Origin: Octopus vulgaris
Taxonomy: Eukaryota
DNA: 64,000 nt
Assembly: GCA_951406725.2 (NCBI GenBank)
Contig: OX597817.1
Coordinates: forward strand, 4,402,001-4,466,000
Reading direction: 5' to 3'
Part shown: positions 26,737 through 40,499 of the stretch, piece after piece
How positions within the stretch are numbered: the stretch's first letter is position 1
Layout of the letters: every line of letters begins with the position of its first letter
The notes under the pieces: model-generated
What the model was told of the DNA's origin: nothing
The model's input: only the letters and a program-made list of their open reading frames with translations
Databases searched by the model: none
Made by a program: the position numbers and the translations under genes

Positions 26737-27495
26737 GGCGGCGAGCTGGCAGGAACGTTGGCGCGTCGGACGAAATGCATAGCCGTATTTCGTCTGCCCA
26801 TTACGTTCTGAGTTCAAATTCCGCCGAGGTTGACTTTGCCTTTCATCCATTCGGGGTCGATGAATTAAATACCAGTTACGCACTGGGGTCGATGTAATCG
26901 ACTTAATACCTATGTCTGTCCTTGTTTGTACCCTCTGTGGGTAATAAAGAAATAAGTATTTCATCTGCCGCTATGTTCAGTGTTCAAATTCCACCGATGT
27001 CAACTTTGCCTTTCTTCCTTTCGGGGTCGATAAACTAAGTACCAGTTACGCACTGGGGTCGATATAATCGACTTAATCTGTTTGTCTGTCCCCTCTGTGC
27101 GTAGCCCTTATGCAGTAAAGAAATAAGGAATATATGATAAGCGTTGATATTACGCATTGATAGAAATTAACAAATTGCAGAGAAGGTGGCCAAGAGATTT
27201 TCCAGCAGTCTGAAAGATGAGGGTTTGCTTGTTCGGTTAACTGGATTCCTGCTCGTGAAATTAAAGTGTAAGTGACTGAGAGTTTACAAACAAGTGAAAC
27301 AAGGAACCAACCACACACAATATGGAAGTCACATAATATCTTTGACGTGCAGATCCAATACAAAGAGGGAGATTATGAAACAGATTAAGAAATAAAAAAC
27401 AAAACCTCGACACCCTATAATGGACTAACATCAAAAAGCTGACAGGTAAGAAGTGACCGCCTTTGGATTTAGAGAGTGTGCCGGAACGAGTGCGC
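26737..27495 (+). mobile_element. Composite SINE: family B (internally duplicated) + ~370-bp extension
   Basis: Family B core occurs twice (26737-26957, ~26958-27125). 27125-27495 matches the reverse complement of 48920-49300. Confidence 0.85.
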
Positions 27496-28570
27496 ATGGC
27501 ATTCTACTTAATCTGCTAATTAACTGCTATAGCGAACGGTTGTAATCGAATTAATGGAATTTGCTACGTCACTGTTACTATTTTACCAATGCCAAAAAGA
27601 TAAAAGGTAAAAAAGTGAACTTCGTACGATTTAAACTTGAGCGCGAAAAAGACATAAATATATTTTGGAGTCATTTTCTTCCTGTCCACAGTCTGTGCCA
27701 CGAAGCTGTACAATTAATTTCTTAATGACACAAAGACACAAATACAACTCGGAAGTGGTGTAATCGATTGAATATATCTGAGTATGTATAATTTATTATT
27801 AGCCATGTATCGATCCAAGAATGAGCCAACGTGAAATCCTCTATGACGTCCATTCATCTGCTAGAAACAGTAGTAATATTTCTCTTGATCCACAGTTTAA
27901 CACCTTTAAAGAGTAAGGGTACATTGTATAGTATACTCCAAGATAATAATGCAACAGCAAAGGCAAAACGACACCTCAGCATTTGCACGATTTGAATTTA
28001 AAATGCTTATGATTAGAAGAAAGTACGTGAAATTTTGCCGTTCCAGTATATCAACTGGGATTCACAAGATATATTTCCTTGGAATCCACACATCATATAA
28101 TACTACGATGGAAATTTCCTGTATTTTCTACCATCGTATATGAAACGAAGACTTTCGTATGAACATAGGAAACAAGGACTAACTATAAAAAAAATATTGG
28201 ACGTTTAGGACCATCTTATGAAAATGCATTGGACAGCCAGCGTATTAACAGTCAACCATGAAAGCAGCAGAATGACATTTCAGAATTATCAGGGATTTAT
28301 TCCTTCTAATACAACCTATTATAAGAAAACGTGAAGACGAATTTCATGTTGTATTCATTTGAAAAGGGATGTGGTAGTCGTACATAATACGTTTACTGGA
28401 TCTCAGTTATATGTGGGTTAAAGTAACAATAACGACAGCCTCAATGACTTGATCATCAGTATTTAACAAAAAACGACTACTCTTTCGAATAATGTTAAAA
28501 TATTTTCTAAACTATGTACCTAAACTTTTATTGTAATTTTAGAATAATTTTATGGTACAATAGTACAGCA

Positions 28571-28772
28571 AGGCGGCAAGCTAACAGAAACGTTACGCAC
28601 ACCAGGCGAAATGCTTAGCGGTGTTTCGTCTAAGTCCAAATTCCTCCGGGGTCGACTTTGCCTTTCATCCTTTTAGGGTCGATAAATTAAGTACCAGTTG
28701 TGTACTAGGATTGTTCTAATCGAGTGGACTCCTCCCCCAAAATTTCAATCCTTATGCCTAGAGTAGAAAAGA
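28571..28772 (+). mobile_element. SINE family B
   Basis: GGCGGCAAGCTAACAGAAACG...GGTCGACTTTGCCTTTCATCC...CCTAGAGTAGAAAAGA. Candidate flanking repeat AATAGTACAGCA. Confidence 0.85.
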
Positions 28773-28840
28773 TATAATAGTACAGCACAGAGTGAAATAA
28801 CAGCGTGAGAGTTTGATAATAACAATGAACTACCATGATA

Positions 28841-30123
28841 TTAGATTGTACCGAACATAATGGCCAATTTCAGAAACATAATTTTATTCTGCAAAAATTA
28901 ACAATAGAAATGTTTTGATTAGTCAAAATATGAGACGTGAACAACTATGCATCTCTGCCATCGATCAACGAGATTATTTATGCCTCGTTAATAAAAACTT
29001 ATTGGCTTTGATGTTAAGAAATCTTTAAAAGCTGATTCCACCTCTGGTTTGGACCTGAAAGTTTTATCACTTAAAAACTTGCTTAAATGCTTTAAAAAAT
29101 GGTAGTCAGTGGGTGAAGATCAGCAGAATATGGGGGATACGGTAAAATCTCGTATCCCAAGTCTGTTATTTTTTGCAGTATCATTCTTGCAACATGTAGC
29201 TTGGTATTGTCGTGGAGTAGAATTGGACCACGCCAATTCACCAATGCAGGTGTCATTTTTGGCAAGTGAGCATGCATTTTAGCGAGTTGATTGCAGTAAA
29301 TCTCTACTGTAATACTCTGATTGGCTTCCAGAAAACTGTAACGGACAACACCAATTGCAGACCACCAGACAGTCACCATAATCTTTTACTAATGCAACTT
29401 TGACTTTGGGAAATGTTTGGAGGACTCATCACAAACAAGCCATTGACCTGATTGTTTACGGTTATCATAAAGGATCCACTTTACGTCACAAGTAACTTTT
29501 CGTTCAAGAAAAGGATCATTAGTGTTTTGCAGAAAGAGTATGGAGCAGACACTACAACGTCGAACTTTTTGATTTTCCTTGAGCTCATACGGTACCCATG
29601 TTTCGAACTTTTTCAGCTTACCAATCTTCTGTAAATTACGTGAGACCGTTGCAAATCCGACATTAAGTGCCTGAGACATTTCTCTGACACTTTGACGCGG
29701 GTTTGGTTCTACAGTTGCATTCAATTGTTCATTGTCAAAACTGCATGACCGTCCTCTACCTTCTTCATCTTCAAGGCCCTCATCACCACTACAGAATTTC
29801 TGAAACCACCTTCGTACTGTGCGATCTCTTGTGCACATCTCGCCCCATGGTCTGTTGATATTGTCAGTAGTTTGGGAGGCATTACGCCGAAGCTTGACCT
29901 CATGCAAGAAAAGTAATCGAACGTCATTTTTTCCTGTTCATAATTAACGGTGCTCATGCTTCAAGAATGTTTTGTGTATGAAATAAGTAAAACATTGCAA
30001 TAGAGCATATATCAATTATTAACTATGTCGAAATTCACCTAAACTATTCGATGAAAATACTATGCTAAAATTGCGCTTCAAAACACAACACTTAAAGCGG
30101 CCATTATTTTCGGAACACTCTAA
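28841..30123 (-). mobile_element. Full-length mariner (DD34D, cecropia/Hsmar1-like), inactive
   Basis: TIRs TTAGATTGTACCGAACATAATGGCC and GGCCATTATTTTCGGAACACTCTAA, TA on both flanks, 1283 bp. Motifs WVPYEL, TCDVKW, LHDNTK and PPYSADL. Confidence 0.93.
28945..29957 (-). pseudogene. Mariner transposase pseudogene
   Basis: ORFs 29389-29907 and 29092-29379, with a stop and frameshifts. Confidence 0.9.
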
Positions 30124-31674
30124 TACAACAATATAGATATATATATTATATAAGGGGGCAGGGAGCCTCTTTAGAGAATGGAACCCTATACTTCTGAAAT
30201 CCGGACGAATTTTTTTCCGTCTTTCAAAGGGCATTTATAAGCTGTTTTCACACTCATCCTGCGTTCGAGAATTCTTTTAATTTCCTCAGAATAACTATTC
30301 ACTCAGTGTTTATAAGTTTATTTACAACATATATACATACATACATACATACATACATACACACACATACGCTTTATACATACACACACACGCAAATATA
30401 TAAAGTAGATGAATAGAAAGACGCCCAGAAAATAAATAATGAATAGATATTGTTATATAACTAATATATGTATTAGTTTTGTTAATTGTAATTTTGGAAG
30501 CCTAGCGTCAGAGCAAAATATGCAATATATAATTTGTTATTTAATAATCATCTCTGCCTGACATAACACAGGAATATCGTGCAAATACGAATCTTTCTAT
30601 ATGCTATAATAGATTGATATAAGAGTTAAGTACGCATAGCTTCTCCGCCCCGCGTAAAACAGCAATGATGAAAGCAAGTAAGAAAGGAAATTGAGAAAAC
30701 GGCTGTGAAAAAAAGTAAAACATAACAAGCTAAAATGGAAACTAATTGAACATATTCCTTATAAAGGAATATACTTTGTGCCGCTTGGTGGTTATAGGCC
30801 TCAATTGCCCACCCCCTTAGTTAGTTAGTTAGTTATACAATATAGACAAGAGAAATAATACTTACTCCCAGGGAAGTTTTTCAATAGTGTTAATTAGTGA
30901 ATTTTAATACGGTTGCATGCTGAGTATTCTAATCATCAAAGTTTAATCATTTGTCCATTAAAGAATAAACTGGGAACAAAAGATAACGAGTAGGGAAATA
31001 TATATGTTTGAAATGTCTCCATTATAATCATTCCTGAAACATACACAGATAAGCGTATCCACCCTCATACAAACACATGCAGTCACACAAACAAGTGTAT
31101 CTCCTCTTGTACTTTCACTAAGAAAAACAAATTACAATATCACCGAATCATAAAAGCCACGAACACATAAGCGCTTCTTGGCTTGATGCACTTATGTTTC
31201 AAAATACTTGAAATCAAAATTTCTTTCCTCTCTAATTTACCTACCACATCATTCTGATAGGTGTTTCTGTTTCCATCCTCTCTCATATGTATTTATTAAT
31301 GTGAACGCCTTTTAGATTTCTTTATGTGTTTCCTATTTTCCAAATTAGTTAAATTTCTAGATGGTATGTACAGAGAGTAAGAGAGAGAGGGAGAGAGAGA
31401 GAGAGATGAGCTGAGGAAGGCAAAAAGAGATGGGGCGTGAGGGAATGAAAAAGAAAGGGGGAAACAGACAGAGAGGCGTTAAAGAGAAAATGAGTTGAGT
31501 TAATTTGTAAAAGAGTGTGCAAGTATAAACATAAATATATAAATATGCATTCACACATTCGCACTAATAGATATACATGAGAGAGCGAGGCGAAAAACCT
31601 ATTGGGACGAAGTGGGAGGTGAAAAAGGGAGGAAAGAAATTCTTTCCCTGTAATTTATATACATACATACATAC

Positions 31675-31714
<40 letters not shown>

Positions 31715-31899
31715 CCCTTCTCTCTCCCCCTCTCCCTCTTTCCTCCTTCCCCCCTCCTCCTCCCCTTCCTTCTCCCCCTCCTCTCTCTCCCCCATCCTCT
31801 CCTCTTCCCCCTCTCCTCCCCTCTTCTTCCCCTCCCCTTCTCTCCCCCTCTTCTCCTCACTACACCACACGACTTTACACATCACATCATATATGATGT

Positions 31900-32356
31900 G
31901 CCATACTAATACATACACCAACCCCATACATACGCACGTCCAGACCAATCCTACGCACTAATACTCTCTCATACACACACACACACCCTTATACATACTA
32001 ATACATACACCAACCCTATACATACACACGTCCAGACCCTCCTACGCACTATTAGCTGGTCCTTCAACCCTATTATCAACCCTATTATCTCCCCTTATTT
32101 CGCTCTCGCGTCTCATGTTTGATCTTTGACCTCTGGCGGAAATCAGATCGCCATGTTGATTCGTTAGCTACTGCACGCATTTTTTTCTCTCCTTCATTCT
32201 GTGTTTTTTTTCTCTCTGTGTATCTTTCTGTTGAAGAGCGTAGGCTCGAAACGTTAAAGACTTGTTTTATTTATATTTCCTGAGCGCCATACTAATACAA
32301 TTGTTCGTTTGTTTTCCACCTGCCTTCGTCTTTTGTCTATTTTCATAAAGCTTCCC

Positions 32357-32358
<2 letters not shown>
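31900..32358 (+). mobile_element. Penelope pLTR-like remnant with atypical hammerhead motif
   Basis: TCTTT|CTGTTGA A|GAGC-GTAG-GCTC|GAAA CG TT|AAAGA at 32223-32260. Ends at (TA)n. ~90-bp internal tandem duplication at 31902-32051. Confidence 0.5.
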
Positions 32359-32409
<51 letters not shown>

Positions 32410-32419
32410 ATAAGAGTAG

Positions 32420-34868
32420 ATCGTATACGAGTGGGTATATATTTGTAAAAATGAAGTTTGAAAACGCCACTATATTAGATAAATTTTAATTTTCTTATGA
32501 ATTTTACATGTTTCGGTTCTTGAAAAAACGAACCTTATCAAAAATATTATAAAAAGTAAAGTGTAATAGAAAAGTTCATAATTGTTTCTTACTGGTCTCA
32601 ATAGAATCCATGTGGTGGTGTTTTGTCGGTAATAGGTATAATAGCTAGAAATTTCAAGTTGAGTGTAGTCAAGAAGTTCATTATTGTTTCTTGCTGGTAT
32701 CAACAGGAACCACATGCTTGTTTTTTAGCTTCCTTGTGTTCGAACGACCCGCGACTGAAATGGTATAGCAGTAGTGATTGTTGGTCGTAGTAGTGGTAAC
32801 CGTGGTGGTGGATGGAGTTGTAGCAGCTTATTGGTTGTAGCGACTAAGCTGTGGCAGTCCTAGCAGCAGCAGTATGACCAGTGGCTGAAATGGCAGTAGT
32901 AGTAGTAGTTACTGTTGGTCGTAGTAGTGGTAACCGTGGTGGTGGTGGTTGGGGTTGTAGCAGTTAAGCTGTGGCCGTAGCAGCAGTAGCCGTAGCAGAA
33001 GTAGCAGTAGTGGAGGACTGTTGATCGTTGCCGCAATAGTAGTGACCACGGTGGTTGTAGTAGCAGTGATAGTCGTAGTGGTCGTGGTGGTTGTGGTAGA
33101 ATTCCATTTTTCTTTTCGGAAGACCAATGTTTTGTTTTAATATTCCTGGCCCAGGATGTTCAAACTTGGTCTAAATTGTTTAATGAAATTAAAGTTCTTT
33201 ATTTTGGCGTTGAGTGAAGGTTACGCTGTCACTGAATTTGTAAAGTGGGCAAGTTGTAAATTTCGGATTTTTATTTGAAGCACATGTATCTATGTGTCCG
33301 CTGACTGGTATTTTCCGGTATTCAGGATTTCTAATTTGGTATTTATGCACCGCCATCCTTTTACGTAAGCTGTTTTTTGTATGGCCTATATACAGCCTAT
33401 TACAACCTGCGCATGTTCAGACGTAAATTAAGTTTACTGATGTTCAGGTGAAGTTTGTTCTGATGGTAAACTGATGACCTTTTTCTAATGTGAATTCTGA
33501 ACCTTCTCCCAAGATGACACAGATTCCGCAGTTGGGTTTTCCACATTTTCTAACTGCTGGTTTTATGGTTGATGTTGAGTGCAGTTTAGCTTGGGTTAAA
33601 ATCTTTTTCAAGGATTTTGGTTGCCGTTTACTTTTAATGATGGTGTGTGTTTCGAGGATCCGGTTCATCTTTGGGTCTCCCTTTAGTAGGGCTGTGCTTT
33701 GTAGTATGGTGTTGAAGGCCTCATTGTTAAGTGGGTTGTGTGTAGAGATGTAGGGAGGGTTTTTTAAATTTTTCTTTCTTTTTTGGTTTTGTTTGTCTCA
33801 GGTCTTCTATACTTAATTTAAGTGCTCGTTGGATTCACTGTCTATTAGGGGTTGTGGATAATTTCTATTAATGAGTGTAGTTCTAAGTTCCTGGAGACGT
33901 GTGTGTCGGGTGTTTGTGTCTGATATTATGGTGCAAATCCTTCTAGCTAAACAAAAAGGGACATTTATTCTAGTGTGTCTTGGGTGGCATGAATCAAAGG
34001 GTAGGTACTGCTTGGAGTTTGTCGGTTTATAATATATATCTGTCTCTATTTTGTTGCCGGTTTTCTTAATGAGGATGTCTAAAAATGGCAATTTTTCTTC
34101 GTTATGATCCATCGTGAACTGAATATTATCATTTATTCCATTTAAATTCCTCAAGTTTCTCTATACCTTTATCCCAGTGGATGAAGCAGTCGTCGAGGTA
34201 TCTTTTCCAGTTGTTCTGGATATAAGTGGAGATGGTGTTTCCATATTTCTCGAGTGTTTTCTGGTAGAGTATTTTCTCGAGGTATCCCATCACTAGGTTG
34301 GCAAAAGAAGGCGCAGCACGCGTGCCCATCACTGTTCCTGATCTTTGTCTGTAGAAATTATTGTCAAAAATAAAGTAATTGTTTTCTAAAATAAATCTAA
34401 GTCCTTCTATTATAAGTTCTTTATTTATGCGAGTTGGGAGTTCAAAGGAGTAGTTATTTAACCAGAAAGTGATCGCTTCTATTCCTAGGGTGTGAGGGAT
34501 GTTTGAATAAAGGTTAATTACGTCGAAGGATACTAGAAGGGTTTTCTCATTGACTGTTTTTGGGAGGTGGTTAAGGATGTCTATATCGTCTCTTACGTAG
34601 CTTTTGATGTGCTTTAGGAAAGGTTTAAGAAGTCTGTCTAAGAAATTGCTGAGACGGTGAGTTTCACATGCTGGGCCTGCTATTATCGGTCTAAGTTTAA
34701 GATCATTTGGTGAAGGGATTTTGATGAGTATATCAGTAGATGTTTTGCATGTTTCACTAATTATTTGGCTTTTGTAAACTTTAGGGATACTGTATAACAA
34801 ACTTAATTTGCACTTAAAGTTAGTGATGTATTCGTACTCCTTGTCCGTGAGTCCTTCTCGGTATGTGT
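32420..34868 (-). mobile_element. 5'-truncated Penelope-like retroelement (RT + GIY-YIG + 3' UTR/pLTR)
   Basis: LRPIIAGP, SFDVINLYSNIP, FYRQRSGTVMGTRAAPSFAN, RYLDDCF, LPFLDI, CGKPNCGIC and LYIGHTKNSLRKRMAVH. Frameshifts near 34140 and 33820. (TA)n at both ends. Same family as 3605-5680. Confidence 0.95.
32501..32545 (-). ncRNA. Minimal hammerhead ribozyme motif, U3-A8 variant
   Basis: Minus strand ATTT|TTGATAA|GGTTC-GTTTTTTCAA-GAACC|GAAA|CATG|T A|AAAT. Confidence 0.65.
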
Positions 34869-34915
<47 letters not shown>

Positions 34916-34985
34916 GTACAAACTGAGGAAACGAGATCCTTCAAACGTGTGTGTTAAATATCCAATTCACTAGATAGTGGAGTAT

Positions 34986-35366
34986 GGAAGCACTCCGTCG
35001 GTTACGACGACGAGGGTTCCGGTTGATCCGATCAACGGAACAGCCTGCTCGTGAAATTAACGTGTAAGTGGCTGAGCACTCCACAGACACGTGTACCCTT
35101 AACGTAGTTCTCGGGGATATTCACGTGACACAGAGAGTGACAAGGCCGGCCCTTTGAAATACAGGCACAACAGAAACAAGAAGTAAGAGTGAGAGGAAGT
35201 TGTGGTGAAAGAGTACAGCAGGGATCACCACCATCCCTGCCGGAGCCTCGTGGAGCTTTAGGTGTTTTCGCTCAATAAACACTCACAACGCCCGGTCTGG
35301 GAATCGAAACCGCGATCCTACGACCGCGAGTCCGCTGCCCTAACCACTGGGCCATTGCGTCTCCAC
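34986..35366 (-). mobile_element. Full-length tRNA-derived SINE family A
   Basis: Reverse complement of 22039-22424. 12-bp TSD ATA(G/C)TGGAGTAT at 34974-34985 and 35367-35378. Confidence 0.92.
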
Positions 35367-35589
35367 ATACTGGAGTATAATAGTATATTGTAATAAGAAT
35401 GGGAACTACAACAAATCTTATAATAAGGAAAAACTGACTGACAATGACGTGGGTGAATGTAATAGTAGAAAATATCCAAATTATTTGTAAATTATAATGA
35501 TTTGCAATATTATTAAAATTAATAAAAACAAGAGTAGTAAATATAGCTTGAATAAAAACAAATATTTACATAAATGTATGTCTAATGAT

Positions 35590-36280
35590 AATAAATAGGC
35601 GCCACATGGCAACCCCAAAACATCCAATGACAAATAAAAACGAATCTGGTCAAGCTATTTTACAGATCTACATCTAAGTACTTTAAGAAAGAACTTACAT
35701 ATAATAAAATAATTAATAATAAACAGATTGGAATAGGTCTTTCAGTATCTAAAAATTGTTTAGAATTATCTCCTCCTTTAATAATAAAAGTGTGGACAAT
35801 TTTTATAATAAAATAAAAAATAATAATAGTATTACAGATAATGATCTAGCTAGAAACTGTGATTGTAGATATAAGGATATGTGTTTATTTAATAATTTTG
35901 TTTACAGTACAATATTGTATATAGATGTAGGGTGGATTCGGAACGAAGAAATTATTTTTACATAGGGTCTACGGAACATTTTACTAAAAAACAGATAGCA
36001 AAACATGAATACACCTTTAGATACACCAATAGAGATAGGTGTAACAGTACTAGTTAATGTAAACTAATTTGGGAATTAAAGGATATTAAGAAATCATATA
36101 AATTAAATTGGAAAATTCGTATAAAATTAATGATCCTAGATGCAACCTGTTTATAGATGAATTATATAAAATATTTACATCTATGAAGAAATTGCTTAAT
36201 GAAAGACACGTGTTCTATTTGTACACACTATTCTAAATTTGTGCCATGTTATTTTCTATTTATCTGATGCCATCGATATG
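35590..36280 (+). pseudogene. Decayed Penelope-type GIY-YIG endonuclease region, no RT seen
   Basis: RNCDCRYKDMC, YIGSTEHFTKKQIAKHEYTF, IWELKD...LNWKI and RCNL..DE. Confidence 0.7.
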
Positions 36281-36952
36281 TCGTTATGCATAAGTATGTG
36301 TCTGCGCGTGTATATATGGATATATATATAAATATATATATATATATGTATATATACATGTGTGTATGGGTATATATATATATGTATATATGTGTATATA
36401 TATATATATCTGTGTATGCGTGTATATGTATATATGTATGTGTATGTGTATGTGTATATGTATGTGTTCACGTTTGTCTATGGAAGTCTCTATATTCATA
36501 TGTATATATATGTGTGTATATCATTTATTGATAATGCGGGTATATGTGTGTATATATATATATGTATGTAATAATAATAAAAGGGTAAAATTAATTAATC
36601 AAATTAGTTAATTAATCAATCAATTAATTAATATTTTTACCAAGTAGATGGGTACGTTAAAATAACCTTAATAGGTAAAATTATACAAATATTCTATAAT
36701 TATAAACATTATTTTTATTATCATTATAACCCCCATTTTTTAACTCCTATTTCTAAATTCGGTATGTAGTGAAGAAATTACCTGACCCCTAATTATAATT
36801 ATGTTTATAATTATAGAATATATGTATGTATATATATGTATGTATGTGTGTATGTATGTGTGTGTGTATATATATGTATGTATGTGTGTAGATGTTTATG
36901 TGTGTGTATTTGTATATATATGTGCATATGTTTATATATGTATATATGTGTG

Positions 36953-37027
<75 letters not shown>

Positions 37028-37325
37028 GAAAAGGGTGAGTTCTATTTCATCCTTTCTTTCGCAGTGTTCCAAAGGGACGATTTCTAACAAAGATTCTTCA
37101 TATTTCGTTTGTAGCTTACTGGTGTAAGATTCTTGCGAATATGAAATTATTACATGTATATGGTGGGTGATGAGAACTTATGGAAAGGTATCCCATAGGA
37201 ACTCAACAAATCGTTAAAGATGGAAAAGAGATGTTAAAATTGAACAGTTTGTTGAGTTTCTATGGGACACCTTTCCTTAAATTCTCATAATCTACCATAT
37301 ATATGTATATATATATACGTATATG

Positions 37326-37357
<32 letters not shown>

Positions 37358-38106
37358 TGTATGTATGTATGTATGTATGTATGTATGTATGTATGTATGT
37401 ATGTATGTATGTATGTGTGCGTGTGTTTCTGTGTGTATACTTGGGTTTTGTCATTTCAATATATATAATAGCTTAATTTTCAAAAATTTATTATTAGTGG
37501 ACCAACTCTAAATTGCTTCATTTTAGCGCATATTCTTGTAGTTACTGTTACATTTATCATATTAGTATTTAATATTAATTACATATCATAAATAAGATGT
37601 TTTCATTATACTAAATGAATGGGTGTATAAATACACTTATTTAATTTCTTAATTAATTGACGATAATTATAATAATAATAATGATAATAAATAGTTTCAT
37701 TTCACTCCCTAAATAAATATAATAATCAAAATTATAATTATTTAGTATTGTATAGTTTATAAATTATATTCTTATTACATCAATGTCGTTTGTTACTTCT
37801 GAAGGTATTGATAGAGTTTGGATATGCCCTATGTATGGTCCCTCATTTTGATAGGAAAAAAATTAACTCTTGCGATGCTGTAAAACAGGCCTTCAAAGAT
37901 TTGACTCTCGATAGCCAGGCTTTTACAGTTTCGGGCTGGACATGCTGTCGCCGAAATGGCAAAAGTGTATTGAAAATATGGCTCCATACTTTGATGAATA
38001 AAACTATAAAATATTAGCAAACTTTCTTCTTTTCTACAAATTTCATAGCTGACGATCAAATATTATAATATGAATAAATTGCTGTATTGTCAAGAGTATC
38101 TCTCTA

Positions 38107-38183
<77 letters not shown>

Positions 38184-38264
38184 ATCTATACACATATATA
38201 TATACATATATACACACTCACATATCTATTATTTTCTATATGCACTGGTGTAGCTGCGGGGATA

Positions 38265-38640
38265 CACGCAATGGTGGTGGTTTGATAAGAAGCTTGCTTC
38301 CCAACTACATTCTTCCGCTTTCAGTCTCAAGGCATGTGATTTCGATTGTAGCCTCGAGCCGACTAAAGCCTTGTGAGCTGATATATACACATATGTGTGT
38401 GTATATGTGATAGAGTATGTGACTGTTTTTGTGTGTGTATGTTTAAGTATGTTTGTCCCCACGAATCGCTGCTGGTGCATTTATTTTCCGTAAATAACAT
38501 TATTAGCAAAAAGACTGGTAGAATAACTACCAGGACAAAAGTATAAGTACTGGGCTTGATTCTTTGTACTAAAATCCTAGAAGGCGGTGTTCCAGAATGG
38601 TCGAAGTTCAGTGACTGAGATATGTAAGAAATAAAAGAGC
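38265..38640 (+). mobile_element. SINE family C, diverged
   Basis: TAAGAAGCTTGCTTCCCAAC...GCCTCGAGCCGACTAAAGCCTTGTGAG...GGCGGTGTTCCAGAATGG. Confidence 0.75.
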
Positions 38641-38692
38641 GATTATATATATATGTATATGTGTGTGTGTGTGTGTGTGTGTTCTTGTGTGC

Positions 38693-38740
<48 letters not shown>

Positions 38741-39399
38741 GTGTGTGTAAGGGAAGAAAAAAGGGGTTAAAACGTCAAAACAAGGAAATACTCAGTTTTA
38801 ACGAATTTTGATAAATATATCAAACAATGAGAAACGCAAATGGAATAAACATCCAAAGTAATTTCTTGTATATGACACTTAGATCCAAATATCATTTAGA
38901 AGTATTTCAAGAAACCCCGAGTATTCGACAACACAAATACGAAACCTTTGATTGTTGTATTCACCATAAGATACCGACCGTCGGTATATATTGGTCGGTA
39001 AATATGTTGTATCAACATATTTAGATACAGAAAATATTCAAATTAATATATCCGAAAATACATGTTAACATATCCCTTTCAAGGCGATCCAGAATTAATT
39101 AAATTCAAAGCGAACTCCATTACACAAACGCATACAGAATATCTCCATGACACAAACGTATATAGAAATAACGTTAAGAATAAATATAATATTCTAAGAA
39201 AAGCTATTTTGATATTCAAATTTTGGTGACGTCATTGGATAACGAAAGAATAAAAAATAAACATATTAATTCTACGTTACCCCAATTTCAAAGGTAGGAA
39301 TTCAACGTCACGACAGTTACTCGTCTATCTATTAAATACACAAAGCATTTTAAGAAAAATCGTACTTATTATATCATATATGAAAAGCAATTATAATTA

Positions 39400-40250
39400 A
39401 AAAATTTAAATATTTAAATTCTCTTCCTAAATTTGTGATAACATTTCATTGTAAAATTAACATTATATTTTGTTAATATTAATTTAGATGTAACTATATA
39501 ATACATTTCTTCAAGGCAAATATCACATTTAGAATTGCCAATATTGTACGATACTGCGTAACTCATAATAGACTACAATGATACTTAATATTCCTCTCTT
39601 TTAAATCCCAAATACATTTAGTAAGAATTTTAGAATTATTCTTTCTTCTGTACTTAAATGAATGAGAATGATTATGAAATCTAGATTTCCAAATTGTAGC
39701 CAATGAACCTATATAATAATATTTATGACCCCGTGCTTTTCCTTTGCATTGATACAATATAATTTTTCATTGATCATTGACTTTCTAAAGGAGAGACAAT
39801 TTTGTTTTTTTTTTCAGTTACACAGGCATTTACTCATTTGTATTTGGTAGTCATGGTTAGTCCTCCTCTCAGAATTAGGTGTTAAGGCAGGACTATTATT
39901 AGTATTATAATTAATATTAAAACTTGGTGATAACTTCATTGTTTTATCAAAGATATATTTACTTAAAACATCTAAATCTAGTTCAGGAAAATTATCATTA
40001 GAGTTAGTTTCACAATTCACACTCACAATTCTGCTCTTGTTTACAGATTTTGAGTTTTTATATTCCCTAATTCTCCGTTTCTTACGTGTTGGTATAATAT
40101 CAACCAAATTTCTGTTGGCTGAATACGAAAATTTTATATTATGGCGAGTAAGTAATTTCCCATTGAAGTGGGAAAATATTTATTTAGTGCAACAAAGAAT
40201 ATTCGAGGAATATTGGTTGTTATTGAGTATGTGAATGGTGCATTTTTCCA
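39400..40250 (-). pseudogene. Decayed Penelope-type GIY-YIG endonuclease region, no RT seen
   Basis: HNIKFSYSANRNLVDII, KCLCN, YQCKG...YYYIGSLATIWKSRFHNHSHSF, CIWDLK and SKCDICLEE. Confidence 0.78.
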
Positions 40251-40499
40251 GATAATATTCCTTGATTCGTTCTTTCTCTTATTTATGTATACACTTCTGT
40301 TAGCTTTAACATTAATATTGGATTTTGTTTAACTGTAATTCTTTTTTCAAACTTATAAAACTTAATGGACTCATTATTATTATACACATGTTGATACAAC
40401 AGAAACTATCGTCGGAGTAATTCTACAACTGAAATCTTGCATGCATTAATTTCAACCCTTCTTATTAATAACGCTATAGTTGTGTTCCATATAATCTTA

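Noticed and set aside
30151-30820. Possible MITE with TA|AGGGGG...CCCCCT|TA ends
   Set aside because: The inverted match is too short to distinguish from chance.
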